From: an uncultured Gemmatimonadales bacterium
GTDB lineage: Bacteria; Gemmatimonadota; Gemmatimonadetes; Gemmatimonadales; Gemmatimonadaceae
DNA length: 64,000 nt
Direction of reading: 5' to 3'
Assembly (NCBI GenBank): GCA_963850905.1
Contig: CAWKMU010000004.1
Coordinates: 64,001-128,000, forward strand
This document shows, in pieces, positions 46,394 to 56,296 of this stretch; position 1 is the stretch's first letter, and each line of letters starts with the position of its first letter. A program made the position numbers and the translations under genes. The notes beneath the pieces were generated by a model. The model searched no databases and had not been told where the DNA came from. It saw only the letters and a program-made list of their open reading frames with translations.

Positions 46394-49300
46394 ATGCGCC
46401 TGACACGACTCGAACTGCACGGATTCAAGAGCTTCGCCGATTCGACCACGTTCGCATTCGAGCCCGGTGTGACGGCCATCGTCGGCCCGAACGGATGCGG
46501 GAAGTCCAACGTGTCCGACGCGGTCCGATGGGTGCTGGGCGAGCAGCGGGCCCGCCTCCTCCGCGGCGTGAAGATGGACGAGGTGATCTTCCAGGGGTCC
46601 TCTGCACGGCGTCCAGTCAGCGTTGCAGAGGTCTCGCTGCACTTCGACAACGACGACGGGATGCTGCCCATCGCGTACCGCGAGGTCGTGGTCACGCGCC
46701 GCTTGAGCCGATCCGGCGAAAGCGAGTATCTCCTCAACCGTGCGCCCTGCCGGCTGCGCGACATCCATGATCTCATGCGCGGCACGGGTCTCGGCGCCGA
46801 CGCTGGAGTCGTGATCGAGAGCCGGATGATCGATGCGCTGCTATCCGATCGGCCGGATGATCGCCGAGAGCTGTTCGAGGAAGCCGCGAGCATCGGTCTC
46901 TATCGGGACCGCCGCCGGACGACGGAGCGGCGCCTCGAGGAAACGTCCATCGACCTGGCCCGTCTCGATGATCTCGTCGCCGAAGTGCAGACGCAGGTCC
47001 GGTCGCTCGCACGGCAACGCCGCCGGGCCGAGCGTTACAGCGAGCTCACGGCTCGGCGCTTCGCCGTCGAAGTCACGCTGGCCGCCCGGGAGCTGGAAGC
47101 AGCAGAGGTCGAGACCGCGGGACTGGATCGTGGGACAGAGGATCTGAGGCAGCGCGTGCCGCAAAGCGAGGCAGCGGCACTCGCGGCCGAGCAACAACGC
47201 GACGCGGCCCATCGGGATCGAGCGGCCGCCGAGGCGATGCGAACGGAGCTTGCCCGCCTCGTAGCAGCCCAGCACCAGCAGGCGTCCGCGCTGCAGGGTG
47301 AGATCGCCGTGGCCGAGGAGCGTCAGCGCAACGCCCAGTCACGCCGGCAACGTGCGGAGGACGAACGACGCGCCGGCGAAGCGGTCGGGACGCGCGTGTT
47401 CGCCGAACGGGAAACTGCGGCCATCGAGCGGCGGGAGGCCGAAGGGACGGTGACGGCCGTCAGCGCGACGTTGGCCGGCCGCGTCGATGATGAGGACGCG
47501 GCCCGGCACAGCGTTACGACGACTCGTCGGGCCGCCGATGACTACGAGCAACTCGCGCGGGAGCTGCGCGATGCGGTCGCTCATCTGGATATCGAACGCG
47601 CGGCTGCGCAGCGAGAGCAGCGAGATCTGCTCGAGCGGCTGGACGCCCTGGCGACGGAGCGCGCAGCACTCGCCGACCGCGAGGCCCGCGCAGACCGTGA
47701 CGGGCAGGAGGCTGCGCGAGAGCAATCGGTCGCGAACGAAGCGTTCGCCGCAGCACAGTCGCAAGCCATCGCCCGGCGCGCCGATGCAGTCAGCGCGCGC
47801 GCGAACGAAGCGGACGCCTATCGCACGTTCGCCCGTGCCGAGGCCAGTCTCGCGGAAGTCGACGGCAAGGTGAGTGCCCTCGAACGGCTCGAGCGGGACC
47901 GCGTGGGCCTCGCGCCCGCTGCCGCAAAGCTCTTGGCGGCGCGCGGTCGGTTTGGCCCCGACGCGGTACTCGGACCGCTGAGCGACTTCTTGACCGCCGG
48001 CACCTCCGATGCCGCCGTCGTCGAGCGCTACCTGGGAGCGACGGTGCACGCCATCGTGGTCCGAGATCGAGCCGCAGCGGCCGCCATCCGCGCCTGGCAT
48101 GCCACGGAGAATCCGGGTCCCTTGTGTCTGTTGCCGCTTGACGCGGTCGCGAATGCCGCGGTGGAAGGCCGCAGAGCCGATGCCGTCGCAGCCAGTGACT
48201 CTTCGGTCACAGATCGAGAAGCTCGCTCGCTCGCCGAGCGCGTGACGCCGGCGGACTCGGTCCGCAACTGGGTCAACTCGCTGCTCGGACGTGTGCGCGA
48301 TCTCGGCGACGGGATTGCGTTCGAGGACGCACAGGGCGCGATGTGGCTGCCGGGGGACCCGACCGGGCATGGCCCGCTCCGCCGTCGAGCCGAGCTCGCG
48401 GCGCTGCGCTCGGCGCGCTCGGCCGGTGCCGCTGCGAGAGAAGCCGCGGCGGATGCGGCGTCGCGAGCCCATGCCGCGTTGGCGGCGGCTGAGGCCCACG
48501 CGGCCAGCGCCGAAGAGGCAGCCGCCAGCGCTGACCAGCAGGCGCGGCGCGCACGGGAACACGGCGCCGAGTGCACGCGTGAGCTGGAACGCGTGCGTCG
48601 GGAGATTGCCCAGGCGGAAGAGTTGTGGGCGCAGCTCGCCGCGCGAGGCGAAGCAATGGAGGCTCGCGTGACCACGCTCGCCGAGCAACGGACCGTGTCC
48701 GAGGCCAGGCTCGCCGAGGCGCGTACCGGGGCGCTCGAGGCGCGCACGGCGCTGGCTGATGCCGAGCGCCGCTACGAAGGGTCGCGTGAGGCGCGCACTG
48801 CAGCGCAGGTCGATCTCGCCCAGGCCGAAGCTCGATCGCAGGTCGCGGTCGACCGTGACACACGTCTGGCTGACGAGTGCGCGAGCGCGACCGACCGACT
48901 GGAGGCCCTGCGCACCGAGTTGCGATCCCTGTCGACCGCGGATGGCGAGCTGGCCCAGCAGATGGCCAACTGGCGCGTCGACTTGGCCGCACGCCACGCC
49001 GCGCTCGCGGATGCAGAGGCGCGCCTCGCCGACGCCGAAGCAGCCGTTCGCGATGCCGATACGCGACTCATGGCCGCCGATCAGGCGCTGGACAGCGCGC
49101 GCCATGAAGGTGCCGCACTCGCCGCCGAGTTGCATCGGCTGGAGCTCCGCCGCAGTGACATTGCCGGCCGACGCCACGCAACTCGTGAGCGGCTCGAAGC
49201 GGAGTGGCGGCGCCCGTGGGAGACGCTTGTGGCCTCGTGCGCACTGCTCGACACCGACAGCGACACACTCCGCCCGGAGGCGACGGCGCTGCAGGAGGAG

Positions 49301-49972
49301 ATCACGGCGCTCGGCCCAGTCAACGCACTAGCAATCGAAGAGCACGACGAAGAGGTCCGGCGGCTCGAGTTCCTGACTACGCAACGCGCCGACCTGGCGG
49401 CGGGCAAGGCATCGCTGCAGCAGGCAATCCGCGAGATTGACTCGACAGCCCGGGAGCTCTTCCTCGACACGTTCGAGCTCATCCGTGAGAATTTCCGACG
49501 GATCTTCTTTACGCTCTTTGGCGGCGGCGAATGCGACTTGCGTCTAGAGAACCCCGATGCGCCGCTGGAGTGCGACATCGAGATTCACGCCTCGCCACGT
49601 GGCAAGCGGACCCAGCGCATCCACCTACTCTCGAGCGGCGAGCGAGCCCTGGTGGCGCTGTCGCTGTTGTTCGGGATTTTCCTCACCAAGCCGAGCCCGT
49701 TCTGCCTCCTCGATGAGGTGGACGCCCCGCTCGACGATCAAAACATCGGTCGATTTGTCAGGATGCTGAATGAGTTCAAGGCACGGACCCAGTTCATCAT
49801 TATCACGCACAACCCGCGGACCACGACCGAAGCCGCGGACGCGGTCTACGGTGTAACCATGCAAGAGCCCGGCGTTTCGGCGGTGGTCAGCGTCCGACTC
49901 CCTCGGTCCGAAACCGCGGTAGGCACAAGCGAACGGAACGGCGCGGCTGAGCCCGCGTTGCAGGAGGTCTAG
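46394..49972 (+). CDS. smc: Chromosome segregation protein SMC
   Basis: MRLTRLELHGFKSF, GPNGCGKSN, coiled coils and hinge, LSSGE, LLDEVDAPLD. Confidence 0.96.
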   Translation: MRLTRLELHGFKSFADSTTFAFEPGVTAIVGPNGCGKSNVSDAVRWVLGEQRARLLRGVKMDEVIFQGSSARRPVSVAEVSLHFDNDDGMLPIAYREVVVTRRLSRSGESEYLLNRAPCRLRDIHDLMRGTGLGADAGVVIESRMIDALLSDRPDDRRELFEEAASIGLYRDRRRTTERRLEETSIDLARLDDLVAEVQTQVRSLARQRRRAERYSELTARRFAVEVTLAARELEAAEVETAGLDRGTEDLRQRVPQSEAAALAAEQQRDAAHRDRAAAEAMRTELARLVAAQHQQASALQGEIAVAEERQRNAQSRRQRAEDERRAGEAVGTRVFAERETAAIERREAEGTVTAVSATLAGRVDDEDAARHSVTTTRRAADDYEQLARELRDAVAHLDIERAAAQREQRDLLERLDALATERAALADREARADRDGQEAAREQSVANEAFAAAQSQAIARRADAVSARANEADAYRTFARAEASLAEVDGKVSALERLERDRVGLAPAAAKLLAARGRFGPDAVLGPLSDFLTAGTSDAAVVERYLGATVHAIVVRDRAAAAAIRAWHATENPGPLCLLPLDAVANAAVEGRRADAVAASDSSVTDREARSLAERVTPADSVRNWVNSLLGRVRDLGDGIAFEDAQGAMWLPGDPTGHGPLRRRAELAALRSARSAGAAAREAAADAASRAHAALAAAEAHAASAEEAAASADQQARRAREHGAECTRELERVRREIAQAEELWAQLAARGEAMEARVTTLAEQRTVSEARLAEARTGALEARTALADAERRYEGSREARTAAQVDLAQAEARSQVAVDRDTRLADECASATDRLEALRTELRSLSTADGELAQQMANWRVDLAARHAALADAEARLADAEAAVRDADTRLMAADQALDSARHEGAALAAELHRLELRRSDIAGRRHATRERLEAEWRRPWETLVASCALLDTDSDTLRPEATALQEEITALGPVNALAIEEHDEEVRRLEFLTTQRADLAAGKASLQQAIREIDSTARELFLDTFELIRENFRRIFFTLFGGGECDLRLENPDAPLECDIEIHASPRGKRTQRIHLLSSGERALVALSLLFGIFLTKPSPFCLLDEVDAPLDDQNIGRFVRMLNEFKARTQFIIITHNPRTTTEAADAVYGVTMQEPGVSAVVSVRLPRSETAVGTSERNGAAEPALQEV

Positions 49973-51033
49973 TGCTCGTCGTCATGCGGCACGGTGCCGC
50001 TCAGGAAGAAATCGATCGGGTCGTGCGCACCATCCGGGAGATGGGATACGAGGCGTGTCCCATGCCGGGGGCCCAGCGAACGGCGGTCGGCCTCGTCGGC
50101 AACGATGGCCGTGTCGATTCGTCGCGCATCGAGGCCCTGCCTGGTGTCGCGCAGGTCATCCACGTTACCCAGCCGTACAAGCAGGTCTCTCGGGAGTGGC
50201 GACCGGAAAACACCCTCGTGACCATCGCGCCCGGTGTGACGGTCGGCGGTGACGACGTCGTGCTCATCGCGGGGCCCTGCTCGGTCGAGAGTGAAGAACA
50301 GATCGTGGCCGCCGCACGGGCAGTCCGCGCCGCCGGTGCCGCGGCGCTGCGCGGCGGTGCGTTCAAGCCGCGGACATCACCGTACTCGTTCCAGGGGCTT
50401 GGGGTTCGCGGCCTCGAGTTGCTCGCCCTGGCCCGTCGTGAGACCGGGCTCGCCGTCGTCACGGAAGCGATGGACGAAGCCGGAGCGAATCTCGTGGCGG
50501 AGTACGCCGACTGCATTCAGATCGGCGCCCGCAACATGCAGAACTACTCCCTGCTGCGCGCCGTCGGCCGCATGCGGAAACCGGTGCTGCTCAAGCGCGG
50601 GATGGCCGCGACGGTCGGGGACTTGCTGCTCGCCGCCGAATATGTGCTTGCCGAAGGCAACTCACAGGTGATTCTGTGCGAGCGCGGCGTTCGCAGCTTC
50701 GACCCTGCCGTGCGAAACATGTTCGATTTGACCGCAATCCCGATCGTTCACAAACTCTCGCATCTCCCCATCATCGCCGACCCGAGCCATGGCACCGGCC
50801 TCCGTGACCATGTGACGCCAATGGCGCGCGCCGCGGTCGCTGCGGGCGCAGATGGGCTGCTGATCGAAGTGCATCCGGAACCCGATCGTGCCCTCTCCGA
50901 TGGCGCCCAGTCGTTGTATCCCGAACAGTTCACGGAGCTCGTCGGCGAGTTGCGCCCCATTCTCGCAGCGATCGGGCGCGGACTCGTCGCTGCGCCTCGT
51001 CGCGCCGGGACCGCGGTCGCCGTTGCCGGGTAG
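49972..51033 (+). CDS. aroF: DAHP synthase type I-beta with N-terminal regulatory domain
   Basis: IAGPCSVE, RGGAFKPRTSPYSFQG, QIGARNMQN, LLKRG, DPSHGTG, ALSDG. Confidence 0.93.
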   Translation: MLVVMRHGAAQEEIDRVVRTIREMGYEACPMPGAQRTAVGLVGNDGRVDSSRIEALPGVAQVIHVTQPYKQVSREWRPENTLVTIAPGVTVGGDDVVLIAGPCSVESEEQIVAAARAVRAAGAAALRGGAFKPRTSPYSFQGLGVRGLELLALARRETGLAVVTEAMDEAGANLVAEYADCIQIGARNMQNYSLLRAVGRMRKPVLLKRGMAATVGDLLLAAEYVLAEGNSQVILCERGVRSFDPAVRNMFDLTAIPIVHKLSHLPIIADPSHGTGLRDHVTPMARAAVAAGADGLLIEVHPEPDRALSDGAQSLYPEQFTELVGELRPILAAIGRGLVAAPRRAGTAVAVAG

Positions 51034-51040
51034 AGGGTCT

Positions 51041-51757
51041 ATGGCATTGCATTGGAGCAGAATCGCCGCCGCCGCGCTCGTCGGCGCGTTGATCGTCCCC
51101 GCCCGCTCGATACTCGCCCAGTCGAATAGCACGGCCGCCGCACTCAATCACGCTTCCGAGGTGTATTCGCACGTGACCACGGCGCGCGGCAGCTTCGAGA
51201 TGACCATCGAGAACCCGCTGACGGGCCGTTCTGACACTTCGCGAGCCAATTTCCAGCAGGAGCGCCCGTCGCGCTTGGACATCCGGTTCACAAACCCGGC
51301 GGGCGATCGGATCGTGGCGGACGGGAAGTGGGTTTGGGCCTACCTCCCGAGCGCGACCCCCGACCAGGTCGTACGAATGCCGGTCGGCGACGGACACAGT
51401 ACGCCGGCTGGCGGCGCGGTGAGTCTCGACTTCATTAGCCAATTCCTGACGGACCCCGCAGCACGCTTCACGGTAACGGGCGCCGGCTCGGACACGCTCA
51501 ATGGACACTGGACGACCATCGCGGTCCTCGTGCCGCATGATCCCGAAGATCAGATTGCGCGCGCGAAGCTGTGGATCGACAACGGTGACGGGATCGTTCG
51601 GCGTTTCGAGTGGACTGACGCGAGCAGCACCGTCCGGCAGGTGCGGGTGCTCACGGAATCATTCAACGTGCCGGTCGAACAGTCCGCCTTTACGTTCAAG
51701 CCGCCGCACGGCGTGAAGGTCGTCGATCAATCGGCGTTGGTTAACGGCACGGATTGA
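51041..51757 (+). CDS. lolA: Outer-membrane lipoprotein carrier protein
   Basis: Signal peptide; RP......F..P....IVADGKWVW.Y.P....QV; C-terminal F.F.PP.GV.VVDQ. Confidence 0.85.
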   Translation: MALHWSRIAAAALVGALIVPARSILAQSNSTAAALNHASEVYSHVTTARGSFEMTIENPLTGRSDTSRANFQQERPSRLDIRFTNPAGDRIVADGKWVWAYLPSATPDQVVRMPVGDGHSTPAGGAVSLDFISQFLTDPAARFTVTGAGSDTLNGHWTTIAVLVPHDPEDQIARAKLWIDNGDGIVRRFEWTDASSTVRQVRVLTESFNVPVEQSAFTFKPPHGVKVVDQSALVNGTD

Positions 51758-52596
51758 GCGGCAAGCAGGTCGACGATCCGCAACAGGTCCGCTCGATCGG
51801 TGCCCTGCGCCGCGGCCATCGGGATCGCAGCCAGCGAGAGCGCGCGGTAGACGGCGTCCAGCTCGGGCGACGCGGCGAGCACGGCGAGATGGCTCGCCAC
51901 CGTGTCCACATCGCCGCGCGTGATCGGGCCTGTGAGGGCGACATCAGGCTCGGCTTCCGCCAGATTCGTCACCGCGGCGCGCATGAGATGCCGCACCGCT
52001 GCACGCGCGCTCGCCTCATCGACCCCGACGGTGTGCATGAGCGAGGCGGCGAGCCCCGCCAGCACGGTCGGGAAGTTCGACGCCATCACGGCGGCCGCAT
52101 GATACGCCGCCCGGCCGTAGCTGGGAATCGCGAGCAAGCGCGCGCCCGCGGCGGCCGCAAGCAGCGTGGCGGCGCGCACCGCTTCCTGATCGCCGTCCAC
52201 ACCGACCCACGCGCCCCGCATGAGCGCCGGTGCGCGGTCCGGTCGCGGAATGGGCACGAGCGGGTGAAACGTGCCGACCGGGTGGCCGAGCTCGCGCAGG
52301 CGCCGGATGGCCTGCACCGGGTACGCGCTGCCGCTGGCGTGCAGCACCACCGTCCCCGGCGCCAGGCCAGCTGCCTCGAGCTCCGTTAGCGCCGCCGCGA
52401 GTTGGCTGTCCTGCACTGTGACGAGGACGACCGACGCCTGTGAAATGGTCGCCGGAATTGGCCCGGTCGACACGGCAAATGGATCGTCCGGCGATTGATG
52501 GCGGCCATGCACCCCGACCAGGGTGACGCCACTCTCGAGGAACGCACGCGCCAACCCACGCCCGGCGCGGCCAGCGCCCAGGATGAAGAGCGTCAG
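51727..52596 (-). CDS. Rossmann-like plus DUF2520 domain protein (PanG-like oxidoreductase)
   Basis: LFILGAGRAGRG (GxGxxG) lies upstream of the ORF-finder start and needs a CTG start at 52596; LHASG, FHPL, YHAAAV.ASN, LTGPI.RGD. Confidence 0.85.
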   Translation of the reverse strand: MTLFILGAGRAGRGLARAFLESGVTLVGVHGRHQSPDDPFAVSTGPIPATISQASVVLVTVQDSQLAAALTELEAAGLAPGTVVLHASGSAYPVQAIRRLRELGHPVGTFHPLVPIPRPDRAPALMRGAWVGVDGDQEAVRAATLLAAAAGARLLAIPSYGRAAYHAAAVMASNFPTVLAGLAASLMHTVGVDEASARAAVRHLMRAAVTNLAEAEPDVALTGPITRGDVDTVASHLAVLAASPELDAVYRALSLAAIPMAAAQGTDRADLLRIVDLLAAQSVPLTNAD

Positions 52597-54260
52597 CGTA
52601 TGCGGGCCCGGTCCTCCGACCGCTCAGCGACTCGGTCGCTCACCGCGCCCCGCAGGTCCAACGCCTTTGGCGGGTGCAACACGAGCTCCCGGGCATCGGC
52701 TGCATGAGTCGCGAGATCGAGGGCGGTCAGAAACGTGGTGTCGGTTCGCATCTCCACGCGGAAGGCCGCGTCGGTGCCGAATTCGTATCGCACCATCTCG
52801 TTGTGCAGCCACCGGTCGATCGTCGGCGACAGCTGATCGAAGGCTGGGCGGCTCATGCCGACGCCATGCTTGTGCATCTGCTCCCAAAGCGCCTCGCGCA
52901 TCGCCGCCGTCGTCGGCGCGTTGGGTGACGGCAAGGGGTTGTTCGCCCGACTGGCCAGCACGTCGGCCGTCAACGCATCACGGAAGAGCGAGACCTGGGA
53001 CCCCAGCGCCTGCTGCAACGCGACATCCGCGGCGTGCACGGCCGAATCGCTCACGACGACGTCGGGGGTGATCCCACCGCCCCCGAACACCACCCGCCCC
53101 GCATCGGTGTGGAACACCGCTCGAGACTTGGTCGTGTCGGGCTCTTCTTCGGTGTCAGCCCCTTCGTCATCGCTGTCGGTGGGGCGAGCGCGCAGCCGAC
53201 TGATGCTCCGTCCCGATGGCGTGTACCAGAGTGCGGTCGTGAGCTTGAGGGCAGCGTCTCCGAGGTGATAGAGCGTCTGCGCACTACCCTTTCCGTACGA
53301 GGCCGTGCCGACGATCAGCGCCCGATCATGATCCTGCAGTGCGCCCGCGACAATCTCTGAGGCGCTGGCGGTGCCGCCATTCACCAACACGATCAGGCCG
53401 AGACCGGGCCACGGCGTCGCGCTGTCATCGTCGAATTGTCGCGTGGTGCCCAGACTCCGGCCGCGCATCGCCACCACAGCCTGCCCGCGCTGCAGAAACA
53501 GATCGGCGACGGCGACGCCCTGCGTCAGAAGGCCGCCAGGATCATTACGCAGGTCCAGGATCAGCGTCCGCGTGCCCAAACCGCGCAGGGAGTCGATCGC
53601 CTGGCGAAGCTCGCGCGCGGTCGAATCGCTGAAGACGGCCATCTCCACGTACCCCACGCCGGGTTTAACTATTTCGGCGTGACGCACGGAGCGCACGTGG
53701 ATCTCACGCCGCATGACGACCAGGGGAATCTTCTTGTCTACGCCGGGGCGATCGATCACGACGTGAACGGGCGTGCCTGCCACCCCGCGCAACGCCGCGC
53801 TCGCCTCTTCTTGCGTCCAGCCGTGCGTCGTTTGCCCTTCGATCGCGATCAGGCGGTCGCCAGCCTGGAATCCGACGCGTTGGGCCGGCGAACCGGGCAG
53901 CGGGGCGATGACCGTGATCCAGCCGTCGCGAATGTCGATCTGAATGCCGAGTCCGACATACGTCCCGGTGGTACTCTCAGTCAGCCGCCGCAATCGCTCA
54001 GCGGTGAGAAAGGCGGAATGCGGATCGTGCAGCTCGTACAGCATCCCGTCGATCGCTTTGTCGTAGATCTGGGGCGTGGGGACCGAGTCCACGTAGTCGC
54101 GTTGGACGTGCTGCAGCACATTCTCGAACACCCGGGCGCCGTCACCGCCGCGCCCGAGCGACCAGCGTCCGGCACCGTGGAAGCCCGCTTCCAGGAACCA
54201 CCCGCCGCACACCAGCCCAGCTGCGAGCGCGCCGACAACGATCAGGACCCGTGACCGCAT
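52593..54260 (-). CDS. S41 family carboxyl-terminal processing protease
   Basis: DPHS, GLGI (PDZ), LDLRNDPGGLL, TASASEIVAGALQD, GKGSAQ, GGGITPD. Confidence 0.93.
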   Translation of the reverse strand: MRSRVLIVVGALAAGLVCGGWFLEAGFHGAGRWSLGRGGDGARVFENVLQHVQRDYVDSVPTPQIYDKAIDGMLYELHDPHSAFLTAERLRRLTESTTGTYVGLGIQIDIRDGWITVIAPLPGSPAQRVGFQAGDRLIAIEGQTTHGWTQEEASAALRGVAGTPVHVVIDRPGVDKKIPLVVMRREIHVRSVRHAEIVKPGVGYVEMAVFSDSTARELRQAIDSLRGLGTRTLILDLRNDPGGLLTQGVAVADLFLQRGQAVVAMRGRSLGTTRQFDDDSATPWPGLGLIVLVNGGTASASEIVAGALQDHDRALIVGTASYGKGSAQTLYHLGDAALKLTTALWYTPSGRSISRLRARPTDSDDEGADTEEEPDTTKSRAVFHTDAGRVVFGGGGITPDVVVSDSAVHAADVALQQALGSQVSLFRDALTADVLASRANNPLPSPNAPTTAAMREALWEQMHKHGVGMSRPAFDQLSPTIDRWLHNEMVRYEFGTDAAFRVEMRTDTTFLTALDLATHAADARELVLHPPKALDLRGAVSDRVAERSEDRARIR

Positions 54261-54340
54261 CTCGTCCTCAACTCACGACAGGGTCGACCGTACCATGAGA
54301 CTCACTCCGCCAATGTGGACGGCCGTGCGACGATCGGCCG

Positions 54341-55006
54341 TCACAGCATGTCATCCCATCGAGAGGTGATCGCCGCGCCAACTCGTACACCGACCGCCCG
54401 CTCGCTCCCGGACCCGTCGATCCCGATGATTGGTCCACATTCCGGGTGTTCCGCCTGCCACTCGGGAGTGAGGCACGCTGCAAACGCGGCGGCGACCCGC
54501 TCGTGAAAATCTACACCGGCGCTCTCGATTCGGTCTTGCCGTGCACCGGACGCCTGCTTGCGCGCGAGGCCGCCGGGCATCGACAGAAGAACGGTCAAGT
54601 CAGGCACCAGGTCGCCTGCCGCGAGTGTGTTGGCATAGTGGACGAGATCTGCAGGCAGGCCCCGCCCAGCGACTTGATACGCATAGGTCGACAGGACGAA
54701 GCGGTCGGCAATGACCGTGGTCCCCGCAGCGAGATGCGCGCGCACATCTGGAGCCAGCTGCGCGCGCGCGGCAAGAAAGAGGAGGACCTCAGCACGAGCA
54801 TCCACCTCGACGTGCGAGTCCAGCAAGAGGCCACGGATCTTTTCGCCGAGCCATGTCGCGCCGGGCTCGCGGACAATGACGGTGGGCTTGCCCGCGTCGC
54901 GGAGCGCGTCCGCGAGCCGTGCAGCCTGAGTCGTCTTGCCAACGCCCTCGGCACCTTCGAAGACGATCAATCGGGCCCGGCACGGCGGCGTCACGGACGC
55001 TGTCAT
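54341..55006 (-). CDS. tmk: Thymidylate kinase
   Basis: FEGAEGVGKTTQ, REPG, LFLAARAQ, DRF..ST.AYQ, PDLT. Confidence 0.95.
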   Translation of the reverse strand: MTASVTPPCRARLIVFEGAEGVGKTTQAARLADALRDAGKPTVIVREPGATWLGEKIRGLLLDSHVEVDARAEVLLFLAARAQLAPDVRAHLAAGTTVIADRFVLSTYAYQVAGRGLPADLVHYANTLAAGDLVPDLTVLLSMPGGLARKQASGARQDRIESAGVDFHERVAAAFAACLTPEWQAEHPECGPIIGIDGSGSERAVGVRVGAAITSRWDDML

Positions 55007-55356
55007 CCGAGCGTGATGATCGAGCTGGTCGCGCCCCGCTTGATACCGTCCAGAATCCAGTTGTTCACACGGAGCATGATCTTGTCGAAATTCTCCTGGG
55101 CCGCGACCGCACGCTGATACACGCTTCGGCTCTGAATCGACGACAGCAGCTCATCGAGTTGCGTGTCCATATCCGCCGAAGGCGTCTCTCCCCGCTCGAT
55201 CAGCCGCTGGGCTTCCGTGCGCAACTGCTCGAGTCGCTGCAGCAGAGTGACTGCCTCGCGATCCCCGCTCAGTGCGTCATTCGCGCGCTTGACCGCCTGG
55301 TATTCCGGGCTCTGGCCAATCAGCCGACCGAGCTCGATTGCCTTGTCTTCCAACAT
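55003..55356 (-). CDS. YlbF/YmcA family regulator
   Basis: KA.ELG..I..S.EY...K.A.......A..L pattern; 117 aa helical. Confidence 0.75.
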   Translation of the reverse strand: MLEDKAIELGRLIGQSPEYQAVKRANDALSGDREAVTLLQRLEQLRTEAQRLIERGETPSADMDTQLDELLSSIQSRSVYQRAVAAQENFDKIMLRVNNWILDGIKRGATSSIITLG

Positions 55357-55362
55357 GGTCTG

Positions 55363-56280
55363 TCAGTCTCCGGTACAACGCAAGGCCGTTACGTAACGCT
55401 CCCGTCCAAATACATCTCGTGTCACGATCACGTCCCTGAACCGCCCCTCGGCCATCACCATCGCAGCAACCCGTTCGGCACGTCGCATATCCACCTCGAG
55501 CGCCAGTACGCCGGACGGCTCGAGGATGGCAGCGGCCTGCCGGACCAGCGCCGCGGTCGCTTGCAGCCCCGACGCACCAGAGTAGAGCGCGACGGGCGGC
55601 TCCCAATCTCGCACGCTTGGCGGCAGCACCGCAGCTTCGGCCCACGAAATGTATGGTGGATTGGACACGATGGCGCGCGCCCGCAGTTCGCGGACCGGGG
55701 CCAGATCCGCGCCGGGCCGGAATTCGACGGGGGTCGAGAACCGGCCCGCCAGACGCTGGGCGTTGCGGCGCGCGACCGCGATCGCGTCTGTCGACACGTC
55801 GGTGCCAATGACTCGATCGAACCGACCTTCTTGCGCGAGCGCCAGGGCGATCGCGCCAGATCCGGTCCCCACGTCGATCGCGATCCCGCCCGCCAGGTCT
55901 CGGGCAAGCACGAGATCGACCAGCCCTTCCGTCTCGGGCCTCGGGATCAAGACGCGGTCGTCGACCTCCAGCGTCAGTTGTCGAAACGCCGCACGTCGCA
56001 CCGCGTAGGGGAGCGGCATGCCGCACCGTCGCGCCGCGGCGGCGTGGCGCGCCGCGCTGGCCAGCGCAGGATCGGCGACCGCGAGCCTGTGTGCCGCCGG
56101 CCAGTGCCGAGGCACATCCAGAATGGCCGCAATGATCTCTCGCGCATCACGAGCCGGCTCGACGCCCACGACGCCAGCCAGAGCGCGCTCCAGCTCCCGG
56201 AGGAGATCCCCAATGGAGCGTCCATCAGGACGGCCGGCCATCAGCTCAGGCGCCGGGCCCGCGAACAGGCGGCTGGTCAC
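55363..56280 (-). CDS. prmC: Release factor glutamine methyltransferase
   Basis: VLIPRPETE, DVGTGSGAIA, SNPPYI, EP..AL..G..GL; GGAG before GTG 56280 (start uncertain). Confidence 0.93.
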   Translation of the reverse strand: MTSRLFAGPAPELMAGRPDGRSIGDLLRELERALAGVVGVEPARDAREIIAAILDVPRHWPAAHRLAVADPALASAARHAAAARRCGMPLPYAVRRAAFRQLTLEVDDRVLIPRPETEGLVDLVLARDLAGGIAIDVGTGSGAIALALAQEGRFDRVIGTDVSTDAIAVARRNAQRLAGRFSTPVEFRPGADLAPVRELRARAIVSNPPYISWAEAAVLPPSVRDWEPPVALYSGASGLQATAALVRQAAAILEPSGVLALEVDMRRAERVAAMVMAEGRFRDVIVTRDVFGRERYVTALRCTGD

Positions 56281-56296
56281 TCGCCGCTCCGGCAAC

